A DNA stretch of 64,000 nucleotides from Bacilli bacterium (lineage in GTDB: Bacteria; Bacillota_I; Bacilli_A; ML615J-28; CAG-313), in the NCBI GenBank assembly GCA_900770645.1, contig CAAGKY010000102.1, positions 1,053 to 65,052 on the forward strand, read 5' to 3'. Of this stretch, positions 11,627-22,805 are shown piece after piece; within the stretch, counting starts at the first letter, position 1, and each line of letters starts with the position of its first letter. Below the pieces are notes generated by a model. That model saw only the letters and a list, made by a program, of their open reading frames with translations, was not told the origin of the DNA and made no database searches. The translations under genes and the position numbers were made by a program.

Positions 11627-13414
11627 ATGGCAGAAAAAATTCTTCAAACTAGAATTATTAACAAACATGACTCATATGAAGCTTGGAAAACGAGTTCATT
11701 AGTTTTAAAAGCTGGTGAAATTGCGTTAGCTTCTATTCCAACTGAAGTTAAAGACAATGACGGAGTAATCACTGTAAGACCAACTTATTTAATGAAAGTT
11801 GGTGATGGTGAAAAAACTTTCTCTCAATTAAATTGGTTATCAGCAACTGCTTCTGACGTTTATTCTTGGGCAAAAGTTGCAACTGCTGAACAAGTTTTAG
11901 TTAAAGCTGAAGGTGAAGCTACTGGTAAAGCTCTAAATGTTTGGTTCAAAGACTTAGTTGCAAAAGATTCTGCTCAACAAGCAGAGATCGCTGCATTACA
12001 AACAGCTATTGGTGGTAGTTCTGTTGCTAACGCTATTAAGGCAGCTATTGAAGCATTAGACGTTGCTGACGAAGCAGTTAATGGACAATTTGTAACAGCT
12101 GTAGCTGAAGCTGATGGAAAAATTTCAGTAAGTAGACGTGCATTAGCCGCTGAAGACATTCCAGCTTTAGGAATTGATAAGATTACTGGATTACAAGCAG
12201 CTTTAGACTTAAAAGCAACTATTGCATATGTTGATGCTGAAGTTAATGAATTAGATGCTAAAATTGCAGTTAACACTGGAGCTATCGGAACTGAAAAAGG
12301 TCGTGCAGAAGGTGCAGAAAAAGCTTTAGGTGAAAGAATTGATGGTGTTATTATTGATTATAAAGCTTATGCTGATCAAGCTGAATTAGACGCAATTGCT
12401 GCTGCTAAATCTTATACAGATGGTAGAGAAGCTGCTATTAAGACTGCTTATGAAGCTTACGCAGATCAAAAGAAAGCAGAAGCTCTTTCTTCAGTAGAAG
12501 ATGAAGCAACTGCTCGTGCGAATGCAGATAAAGATTTAGATGATCGTGTTAAAGTAGTTGAAAATTGGAAAGGTACTATTTCTAATGTAATGGACTTTGT
12601 TGGTGCTGTTGCTGCTTTACCTGAAAGTGTTGAAGGTTACCAAAAAGGTGATGTAATTGTTGTTACAGCTTCTGGAAAAGAGTATGTTAATGACGGTGTA
12701 AAATGGAACGAATTTGGTGTAGGTTCAGCTAATGAAGCTGCTATCTCTGGTTTACAAGGTAGAATGACTGCAGCTGAAGGAGAAATTAGCACATTAAAGA
12801 CTGGTGTAGCAGCTAATGTAGTTTCAATCGGACAAAATGCTACAAATATTGCTACAATTAATACATCTTTAGCAGAAGGTGGAGAAGTTAACAATTTAAT
12901 TAAAGCAGCTAAGAAAGCTGGTACTGATGCTCAAGCTGAAGTAGACGCATTAGAACAAGTTGTAGCAGCATTAAATTCTACTGTTGCATCTAATAAAACA
13001 GCTGCTGAAAACGCAGTAAAAGCTGAAAAAGAAGCTCGTGAAAGTGCAGATAACGAAATTAATATAACTTTAGGTACTCATACTGAAAATATTGCTAAAA
13101 ACGCTGGAGATATTAAAACTCAAGGTGAAGCAATTGATGCTTTAGAAGCAGAATTTGCAGCTGGTGGTAAAGTAAAAGTATTACAAGAACAAATGGCTGT
13201 TGTTCAAGGTAGTGGTGCTGGATCTATCGCTAAAGCATTATCTGATGCAAAAGCTTACACAGATTCTTTAGCTAATGGACAAGTTAATACTAATAAAGTT
13301 GCTATTGCTACTTTAGATCAAAGAATTGGTAAATATGACGGATTCTTTGGATTAGGTAATGATTCAGCTGGAGACTTCCCAGTATTAGTATTCGATTGCG
13401 GTGGAGCTGAATAG
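11627..13414 (+). CDS. tail fibre protein (shared N-terminal motif, Ala-rich shaft)
   Basis: N-terminus KHDSYEAWKTSSLVLKAGEIALAS...KVGDGEKTFSQLNWL matches the HylP-like fibre N-terminal motif. Ends at TAG. Confidence 0.65.
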   Translation: MAEKILQTRIINKHDSYEAWKTSSLVLKAGEIALASIPTEVKDNDGVITVRPTYLMKVGDGEKTFSQLNWLSATASDVYSWAKVATAEQVLVKAEGEATGKALNVWFKDLVAKDSAQQAEIAALQTAIGGSSVANAIKAAIEALDVADEAVNGQFVTAVAEADGKISVSRRALAAEDIPALGIDKITGLQAALDLKATIAYVDAEVNELDAKIAVNTGAIGTEKGRAEGAEKALGERIDGVIIDYKAYADQAELDAIAAAKSYTDGREAAIKTAYEAYADQKKAEALSSVEDEATARANADKDLDDRVKVVENWKGTISNVMDFVGAVAALPESVEGYQKGDVIVVTASGKEYVNDGVKWNEFGVGSANEAAISGLQGRMTAAEGEISTLKTGVAANVVSIGQNATNIATINTSLAEGGEVNNLIKAAKKAGTDAQAEVDALEQVVAALNSTVASNKTAAENAVKAEKEARESADNEINITLGTHTENIAKNAGDIKTQGEAIDALEAEFAAGGKVKVLQEQMAVVQGSGAGSIAKALSDAKAYTDSLANGQVNTNKVAIATLDQRIGKYDGFFGLGNDSAGDFPVLVFDCGGAE

Positions 13415-13436
13415 TAATTTATAATTAAAAAAAATA

Positions 13437-13469
13437 AAGAGTAGACTTATTTTGAGTCTACTCTTTTTA
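13437..13469 (+). terminator. rho-independent terminator
   Basis: Stem AAGAGTAGACT/AGTCTACTCTT followed by a T-run. Confidence 0.6.
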
Positions 13470-13545
13470 CTATAGGATTAAAAAATTTGCTAAATTATAC
13501 GAACAGCTTGTTTAAAAGCGTATTTTATAAAATAAGGAGTAACTT

Positions 13546-16500
13546 ATGCTAAAAATGATTGTACAACATCGCAGAGGTACGACTGCTGAATGAAAATTAT
13601 CTACAGTAATTCCACTAGAAGGTGAACTTTTAATCGAAGAAACAGTTTCTGATGGAATTAAACTTAAAATTGGTGATGGTAAATCAGGATTCTTAGGCTT
13701 ACCTTATATCACAGATTTACTATCTGATAAAATTACTGCCGCTGAAAAAGAATTGAAAAATGTACAAAGCACTGTTACTGATAATGAAGTTATTAGAAAA
13801 TTAAGAAAAGATTTATCTGACCTTGACACCGAAATTAATCTCTTAAATAGAGAACTAGTAAAAGTTCAAAAAAACGTTGGTGACAAGACTATTAACCCAG
13901 AAACAAACGAAATAACTTATTCTGGACTTCATGCACAATTACAGACAATTAGAAACAGTGTTAATATGTTATCAAATAGAATTAGTGGTTTTACATCTCT
14001 TGAAGAAGGTAGTGTGACAGGAGATGCTGAATTACTAGATATTAGACATGGATTTAACGGAATCGACTATTCGTCTGCTGGAGACGCTGTTAGAGCTATT
14101 GGAGACGAATTACAAGCTTTTAAAGATGCTCTTCCTAGTTTTATTCCTGATAATGCTGTTGATGGATTATCTTATGAGAATAATAAGTTATATCTAACTT
14201 CTCAAGGTATTCAAGTAGGTGACGCAGTAACAATTACAGGAGGTGGCGGCGGTGGCAGCACATCTAGTACAATTATCACTTTAAAGAATAATGAGGGAAC
14301 AACTTCTAATATGTCTGTTTCAAAAGGAACTAAAGTAGAAATTAGTTTTAATTTTAGTTCTATTGAAGAAGGCGTTCCTACAGGAGACGGCGTATATAAT
14401 TTAGAAGTAAACAGTAACCCAGTTGAAACAAATGTTCAACTTTCACAAGGTAATAAGACAATCGATTTAACTAAATATTTAAAAGCTGGAATGAATAGAG
14501 TAAAACTTACTTGTTTCGATTATACTGGTTCTTATAAAAGCTTAGCTTATACGATTAATTTAATAGAGTTATCTATTGATTCATCTTTTGGCCCAAATAT
14601 AAATGATATTACTATATTTGAAGCTGACAATGCGGATGAAAATTTTGTTAGCGTAAATTATAATTATACTACTTATGGACAAGTTACAAAAATTGCTCAT
14701 TTCATATTAGATGATCAAGAAATTACTAATGCAGAAGGAAAACCTCTAATTCAATCACTAGGGGCTGGTGAAAAATCTTCTTCTATTAAGTTTAAGATTT
14801 ACGGACATGGTTGCCATAAATTTCAAGTTTATCTTACAGCCACAGTGAATAATAAAACTATTGAGAGTAATAAATTAACTTATAATATTTTATGTAATTT
14901 ACCAGATCCTGAAGCTACTAGACATCCAGCGATGATCGATTCAGTTTTCGAGATTACTAAAGCGACTCAAGGAGATTTGTTAGAAATACCATACAGAGTA
15001 TATGACCCAAATACTGGTCAAGTAACTGTAAATCTATTAGTTGGATCTGGAACAAAAGATAATTATGTAATAGATGAAAAATTATCTAAAGAAGAATTTG
15101 TCGGTAGAACAAAGCAAAAATGACCGATAAAAAATTATCCTATTGGAAATACTGTATTTATTATTAAATGTGCTTATCAAGTATATAACGAAGAAGGTAT
15201 ATTAACAACATATTATGCAGAAAAAATTCATGAAGTATTTGTAGAAGCACTAGATATTCCAGTAGAAGCTGAAACAGCTAATTTACAACTTTGATTAAGT
15301 GCAAACGGAAGATCTAATGCTGAGCTTAATCCTGCAGTATGAGAATATACTCAAACTGTTGAAACTGCTAATGGAATAGAAGAATTAGATACTATTAGAA
15401 CAACTTTTTCTAACTTTAACTGAGTTAATAACGGATGACTTTCTGACGTTAATGGTGATACTTGTTTAAGATTAAATGGTGCCGCTAAGGCCGTAATTGA
15501 TATTAAACCATTTGAAAAGAACTTTGTTAATACAGGTAAAACTTTTGAATTTGATTTTGTAATTAGAGACGTAAATAATCGTGATAGTACTGTAATTAAC
15601 TGTTTTAGTGGAAATAGAGGCTTTAAAGCTACTGCTGACACTTTTACATTCAGAAGTGAATCTGTTCAAATGTCTTGTAACTATAAAGACGTAACATATT
15701 TAACAAAATTAAATGATAAAACTCAAAAAGAAGAGACTATAGAGCAACTTGAACGAACAAGAATTTCTATTACTATTGCTCCATCTAGTTTAATCGCAGA
15801 TAATGCACCAGATTTGAACACTTATTTTATCTCGATGTATATTAATGGTATTTTATCTAATTGTCAAAAATATGGTGGAATAGATGAAGGATTTACTCAA
15901 AGTAATCCAGTAAAAATTTCTTTAGGTTCAGAAGACTGTGGATTAGATTTATATAGTATACGTATATATGATAGTGCACTTTCTCATAAAGGAATTGTTG
16001 ATAATTATATTGCGGATAGTGCTAATGGTCCAGATAAAATAGATTTATATAGAGAAAATAATATTTATTACGCTGATTCTGAGTTATCAGATCAAATTTC
16101 ATATGAAAGTTTAAAAGGAAAAATTCCAATTGTCACTTTTACTGGTAGAATGCCAACATATAAAGGTGATAAAAAGACAAATTCTGTGCTAATGAAGTTC
16201 GAACATCCAGAACATCCAGAGCTAAATTTTGAAGAAGTATTAAAAGAAATAGACGTACAAGGTACTTCTTCTCAATTCTATGTTCGTAAAAACTGAAAAA
16301 CAAAACATTACGACAAGCATGCTCATATGAAAGGTGAGATTCCAACTAAGGTTTTCTGTTTAAAAGTTGACTACGCTGAAGCCACTGGTACTCATAATAC
16401 TCAAGCTGCAAATTTTGTAGAAACATTATATAATCGTTCTGAAGCTCTTTTACCACCACAAGAAAAAGATTCTAGAGTTCGTTCTACGATTACTGGTTTT

Positions 16501-19500
16501 CCATGCGTTATTTTTGAAAAAGAGACTGCTTCTTCTCGACCAGTTTTCTCAGCAAAAGCAAACTTTAACTTTGACAAAGGTTCTGAAGAGGCATTTGGTT
16601 TTACAGAAGATTATGATGTAGAATCTTGAGAATTTTGTAATAACACTTCAGGTGCATGTAATTTCTTAGAAAAAATTAATACCGAAGCTTGAGCAGCTGT
16701 TTATAGATTATCAGGTGCTACTGAGAATACGTCTATTACGATTACGGCTAATTCTCCTGAAGAGGCTGAAATTATTGCTCGTGAATTATTAGCTACGAAG
16801 TCTTCTGAAGATGCTCAATGAGTTAATGCTAAATATATTGGTGTACATCCTTATTGATTAACTGACTTTGAAGCTAGATATGCTCAAAATACTATGAAGT
16901 ATAGCGATGGTTCTACATTTAAATTTGATAAAGATGAAATGTTCTCTATTGATAGATTTAAAGAGATGCATGATTGAGTTTGTGATACCGCAACAGTTAT
17001 GTACGCTAAGCCAGAAGCTAAGGATGGCTACTGATGAGTAGGTAATAAAAATACTGGATTTGAAATTCTTACAGACGATGATGGAAATATAATTCAACCA
17101 GAGATTATTGAAGACGAAGCAACAAAATCTAAGAATTGATATATTAATGGAGTAGATTCAAAAATATCTAGTCTTGATATCGTTCCAATAAATGTATTCC
17201 CTTTACCTAAACCTGTGACTATTGGAACAGTTGAATATAGAGAAGATAACGTAGATTATCGTAGAGCAAAGTTCGTCAAAGAATTTACAAACTATTTTGA
17301 TGAACACTATGCAGCGGTTTATTATGTATATACTTTTGTCGCATTAATGACCGACCAAAGAGCCAAAAATATGTTCTTAACTTATTGAGGTGAGACTGGT
17401 AAATGATATCCATATTTCTATGATAATGATACTTCTTTTGGTATCAATAATGAAGGTGCTCTTGTTTTCGATTATTATCATGAAGATACTGATACATTAG
17501 ATGGTGCACTAGTTTACAATGGTCAAAATAGTGCATTATGAACAAACTTTAGAGAAAATTTCGAAGACCTAGTTTCTTCAACATATCAAAACTTAAGAAA
17601 TAATGGTAAATTAGATTACGAAAAATTTGTAGAGCAATTTATTAATTGTGGAGCTAAGAAGTGGTCTGCATCTATTTATAATGCTGACGCAGAATATAAA
17701 TATGTGTCTATGGCACGACCTGACAATTTAGGAAACTTTGATGCTGCAAACTTATATCAAGTTAAAGGTTCTGCTGAACAACATTTTAAATACTTTGTTG
17801 CAAATAGATTAAAGTATTGTGATAGTAAGTGAAACTGTGGTGACTACCCGGACGACAAGATTTTCTTACGTATTTATACTCCATCTACAGGTGATAATGC
17901 TATTTTAAATGAGCCAAAACAGATTGACGGATATTGATGGATTGATGGTGTAAACACTGGATACTTAGTTAATACAGATAGCAGTGATCAAATCATAATT
18001 CCAGAAATAAGTGAAAATAATACTTGGATTCTAAATAAAGGTTTAGAAGATCAAGAAATTGATACAGAGATAGAGGTTAGATACGGAAAAGTTGAATTAG
18101 CAGTGGCACCAAATGCTAATATTAGTTTAAAAACATTTTCAGATATGTATGCAGGTGTTAAATACAAAGCAAATGGTACGTTATTAAGAAAGAGAGTTAA
18201 GAAAAATGTAATGTTAACTGGAAAAGACGCATTTATTCCTCCAAAATCAGCTAACGGTTTATCTGAAGTATTTAATGATACTGAAACTGCGATTTATGGT
18301 GCGAGTGAAATTTCTTCTCTTGGAGACCTATCTGGACTTTATTGTGGTGTTATTGATGTTTCAAAAGCTACGAAGTTAACTGAACTAAAAATTGGTAACA
18401 GTACTACTGGTTATTTTAATGATAACTTTAGAGATATTCAATTAGGTAATAATAGATTATTGAAAAAAATTGATTTAACAAATTGTCGAGGTTTAGGAAT
18501 CGCTGGAAAAAGCCCTCAAAAATCTTTAAATGTATCAGGTTGTCCAAACATCGAAGAAATTTTGGTTAAGGGTACAAGTTTAGAATCAATTAACTTGCCA
18601 GCTTCTGGATATATTACAAAACTTGAATTACCAAATACTTTGACAGGTCTAAATATTAGAAATCAAATGTACTTAACAAATAGTGGTATTTTATTGGACG
18701 ATTATTCTAAACTTAAAAAATTACGTATTGAAAACTGTAAAAATATAGATACTTTAGCTCTTCTTAGAAATTGTATAGATAGTTCGAATAACTTTACAGT
18801 TGAACGAATCAAATTAACTGGAATAGATTGAACATTTGATGATCCTGAATTCTTATTATCACTTATGAGTATTAAAGGTATGGACGCAAATGGTTTAGAT
18901 ACTGATCATGTATATCTTGGCGGACATGTTCACATAAAAGAACTTACTGGAGCACAATATACTCGAATATTTGATTACTATAATACTTATCACACTAATG
19001 AATCACTTTTAAAAATTACTTTTGATCGTATGACATCTTATGTATCGTTCTATACTAACGTAAAAGATGGAAATGGAAACTATATTCCATTTACATTCTC
19101 AGATGGAACACCTTGAATCCAAGAAGTTACAAATACACTAAACGATAAAGGAGAAATTGTTCGTAATACGACTGATCCAACAAAAGTTCCTTATTTATAT
19201 GATGGAAAAGAGGAAAAATTACAAACTCCAACTCAAGAAAGCACTATTGAGTTTTCTTATGCATTTAATGGTTGAACACGTACGCCTAATGCTCCTGCTC
19301 AAGTAGATGCATTATTAGACGTTACAGGTGATCGATCTGTTTATAACGCATATGTAAAAACTATTAATAAGTATCCAGTTCAATTTTATACTTATGGTTG
19401 AGATGGTCCAGAGTTATTAAATACGGTTATGACTAATTATGGTGAAATTGCAGAGTATTCTGGTGATACAGCGTTACTGATTAAAGGTAATACTAGTGTA

Positions 19501-20871
19501 CCAGAACGATATGAATTTGTAGGATGATCGCCTGAACCATTAGTTAAGCCTACTACTTTTGATGAAGTTATTAAGACTTACGCTCAGTTTAACTTAGTCG
19601 ATCGAGATGAAGACGGAGATATTTCTGATGAGTGACATATTCCATTACTTGGTGATATTAATTACTCTATAGATGACACTTCAAAGAAGATGAATATTAC
19701 TGCTTACTATAATACTAGTGAACCATTAGTTTATATACCAGAATCTTATTTTATTGGAGACGAGGAATATTCTGTTTACGAGGTTGGTGGTTTTAACGCT
19801 ACAAATGTAGAACATGTTAAATTAGCTGAAGGAATAGAATCTATTTATGGACACCCAATAAATGGAGCATTTGCTGGTGCACAAAATTTAGTTGAAGTAG
19901 ATTTACCAGAAAGTTTGACTACGATTAAAGACAAAGCTTTTTCACAAACTCCTAGATTGACAGAATTATACATTCCAAAAAATGTACAAAGGATCGAAAG
20001 ATCAATTTTAGGTGAAGGTGGACATGTGAAAAATATTACCGTAGATAAAGATAATAAGATCTACGAAGCTATAGATGGATGTTTATTGGGACCTTATTCT
20101 TTATATTCTGCAAATGGAAAAGAGAATGAAAAGATAGTTCTTGCATGTAACACTAATGATGCTTTACCAGACTCTGTACAAGATAAAAATATTGTATGTA
20201 TAGGTACAGATGCATGTAGACAAAATCATTGTACCGAAATAACTATACCCAATACAGTTAAAATATTAGAAAACTTTGCTTTCTTTAGTTGTAAGAATCT
20301 TAAAAAAGTTAACTTATCTAGTAATGTTGAAGAATTTGGATCTGGAGCATTTGGATATTGTGAAAACTTAGAGTCTATCACTTTACCAGAGACTTTAGTT
20401 CAATTATCAAACCATGCGCTAGTTGGATCAAACCTTGAAGAAATTATTGTGCCAGCAAATGTAAAAAATATCTCAATCGAAGCCTTTAGTAAATGTAAAA
20501 ATCTTAAAAAGATTACTTTTATGGGTAAACCTGATAAGATTTCTTGGTCTATACTCGCAGATTCTGGTCATGAGGATGGCTTAGAGATCTATGTAGCTTG
20601 AAATAAAGAAGATAATCGCACGATTGGTGCTGGAGATACTGCCAAACTAGGTGACCCATATACTGCTATACCTTGTGCTTGAGGTGCAGGAGCGCCTATG
20701 CCACAAACACTTGATACAGAATCTGATTATGCCTATAACCGAGAAATTAAGCGTACTCGTAATGTAAAAATTATTTATAAAAATGGTGAAGAGCAATTAT
20801 TATTAGCAGGCGAAAAAGCTTGACCTGATTGATCAGCTATTTCAACATTTATAGATCGAGGAGACAATTAG
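13546..20871 (+). CDS. giant multidomain virion protein (about 2441 aa): fibre N-terminal motif, CotH kinase-like domain, LRR and BspA-type LRR
   Basis: I checked frame continuity across every junction; there is no in-frame TAA or TAG from 13546 to the TAG at 20869-20871. More than 20 in-frame TGAs. CotH-like DQRAKNMFLTYWGETGKW(tga)YPYFYDNDTSFG. LRR region 18100-18830. BspA-like LRR IPxxVxxIxxxAFxxCxxLxxI at 19690-20600. Confidence 0.7.
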
Positions 20872-20872
20872 T

Positions 20873-21565
20873 ATGTATAAAATAATTTATAATAACAAAG
20901 TTATTGAAGTAATTGAAAATCCAAAATTTATTCGATTTTTAGCTAAAGGTCATGTTGGTATTACTAGTAAGTCAGATGCGCAAGGAGTAATCAGTGAAAA
21001 TAGCTCTACTGTATATCGTTTTGATTATAGTGCTCAGACAACTAGAAAAAATATTCTTGATATTAAACTTGAAAGAATTTCAATAGAAGAATTTAGAAGA
21101 TTAGAACATCTTCTAAATTCTGGCAAACAGCCAGACGCAGACTTATCCGCACTATCTGTTGCAAAAAGAAATAAAATTTCAGCATTATCAGAAGAATGCA
21201 ATAGACAAATTATCTCAGGAATTAGCTTAGTCTTATCTGATAATCAGATACATCAATTTAAATTGACAATAGAAGACCAATTAAACATATTATTGTTAGA
21301 GAACCAATTAAACTCTGGTATAACTACGTTTGTTTATCATAGTACCGGTGAGCCTTGTAAAGTATTTAATAAAGAAGACATGTATAAAATTATTTCTTCT
21401 ACTAGATCTCATATTCAATATCACACAACATATTTTAATTTACTAAAGCAATATGTTAATACATTAGTTACTTCAGAAGAAGTTCAAAATATTTACTATG
21501 GAATAGACGTAGAAAAAATTTCTACTGATAAGACCATGAAGACATTTTTGCGAACTTTAAAATAG
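20873..21565 (+). CDS. hypothetical protein, possibly a fibre assembly or chaperone protein
   Basis: ATG overlaps the giant ORF's stop (TAGTATG). No TGA. Confidence 0.45.
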   Translation: MYKIIYNNKVIEVIENPKFIRFLAKGHVGITSKSDAQGVISENSSTVYRFDYSAQTTRKNILDIKLERISIEEFRRLEHLLNSGKQPDADLSALSVAKRNKISALSEECNRQIISGISLVLSDNQIHQFKLTIEDQLNILLLENQLNSGITTFVYHSTGEPCKVFNKEDMYKIISSTRSHIQYHTTYFNLLKQYVNTLVTSEEVQNIYYGIDVEKISTDKTMKTFLRTLK

Positions 21566-21603
21566 TTTGATAAATATTGTATAATATTAAGGAGATACAA
21601 GTT

Positions 21604-21861
21604 ATGGAAAATAAAACTAATATAATAGCACGTATTCAACAACTACATAATACTGAAGAAGTTTGAAGCTCAAGTAAATATTCAGAATTTATTCCAAGAG
21701 CAGGAGAACTTATTATTTTCGATGTGGACTCTACTCATAATTTTACTAGATTTAAATTTGGTGACGGTGTAACACCTTTAAAACATCTTCCATTTGCAAT
21801 AAATCCTATTGGTGAAGTATTAGAAGATGGGTCTATCAAAATAGACGCTGGAAGAGTCTAA
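21604..21861 (+). CDS. stand-alone fibre N-terminal-domain protein (85 aa)
   Basis: N-terminus IIARIQQLHNTEEVW(tga)SSSKYSEFIPRAGELIIF...KFGDGVTPLKHLPF. Consists of the shared anchor motif only. Confidence 0.5.
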
Positions 21862-21873
21862 TTATTCTGCAAT

Positions 21874-21915
21874 AAATAGGGTTTTAATTATTTTAAAGTT
21901 AAAGCCCTATTTATT
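21874..21915 (+). terminator. rho-independent terminator
   Basis: Stem AAATAGGG(T)TTT/AAAGCCCTATTT. Confidence 0.5.
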
Positions 21916-22018
21916 TGCTAAATTAAATGTAACAATTGAATATTTAGAATTAGTTTGGAATGATAACTAATTCTTGTATCGAAAAAATTTGGAAAAATAA
22001 TTTAAAGGAGATACTTAT

Positions 22019-22771
22019 ATGGCAGAACAACGCATTGATAGGATTCGAATTCAGATGAAGCGTGGATCTAGCTTAGATTGGCACAAAGCCAGTGAAGCTA
22101 CGACTCCATTTATTCCAAAAGAAGGAGAATCCATTTTTTATACTGACATGAACATGCTAAAAATTGGTAATGGGACAAGTACTCCAGACCAATTACCTTT
22201 TTTAGATGTTGAACATCCAGATGAAACTTTTAAAACTTTTGCAGTGTCAAATTATGACTGCGATAAATGTACAGAAGCTGGTGTGTATTTAATTTCTGGT
22301 GGAACTGATACGCCAGAAAGCTATGTTGGTGGAAATTTACTAGTAATTCCAAATACTGACTACATCACACAAATGTTATTTGTTCCAGGAAATGCTGCAA
22401 ACATTCGTGGTACAATGTTCTTTAGATACTACATTAATAAAATTTGGACAACTTGGGAACAAATCACAACATCTAAACATGTTCATCAAATTACTTTTAC
22501 TCCAACTGGAACAATTAGCTCTCCAGATATTATAGTGTCTGTTGAAACAGACGATGTAATAGGTAATTTTGTACCTGGATCTGGTAGTGCTAGTTTAGGA
22601 GTAGAAATTGATCACAAAAGATTATCTTTTGCGTTACAACATTCTCATGTAGCTTCAACTACTAGTACTAAAACAGTTCTTACTGCGGCTACTGCGAGAC
22701 TTAAGGATGCACCAGTATTTACTGGGACATCTACAACTATTGGCACAAATAATGCTATAGAAGAAAAATAA
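22019..22771 (+). CDS. fibre-like structural protein (shared N-terminal motif)
   Basis: N-terminus RIDRIRIQMKRGSSLDWHKASEATTPFIPKEGESIFY...KIGNGTSTPDQLPFL. Confidence 0.6.
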   Translation: MAEQRIDRIRIQMKRGSSLDWHKASEATTPFIPKEGESIFYTDMNMLKIGNGTSTPDQLPFLDVEHPDETFKTFAVSNYDCDKCTEAGVYLISGGTDTPESYVGGNLLVIPNTDYITQMLFVPGNAANIRGTMFFRYYINKIWTTWEQITTSKHVHQITFTPTGTISSPDIIVSVETDDVIGNFVPGSGSASLGVEIDHKRLSFALQHSHVASTTSTKTVLTAATARLKDAPVFTGTSTTIGTNNAIEEK

Positions 22772-22805
22772 TATTAAAAAAACTAAATAAAGGAGAAACT
22801 AATTT

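Noticed and set aside
9721-12894. Minus-strand track ORFs 9721..9942, 10930..11115, 11134..11496, 11974..12276 and 12637..12894 (Ala/Ser-rich)
   Set aside because: They are antisense to long, motif-rich + strand fibre genes. Their composition is an artefact of reading GCT/GCA-rich codons backwards. No RBS.
15351-17097. Minus-strand ORFs 15351..15641, 15472..15669, 16139..16345 and 16858..17097
   Set aside because: They lie inside the continuous 13546-20871 + strand frame, which has conserved CotH/LRR motifs. Low complexity and no translation signals.
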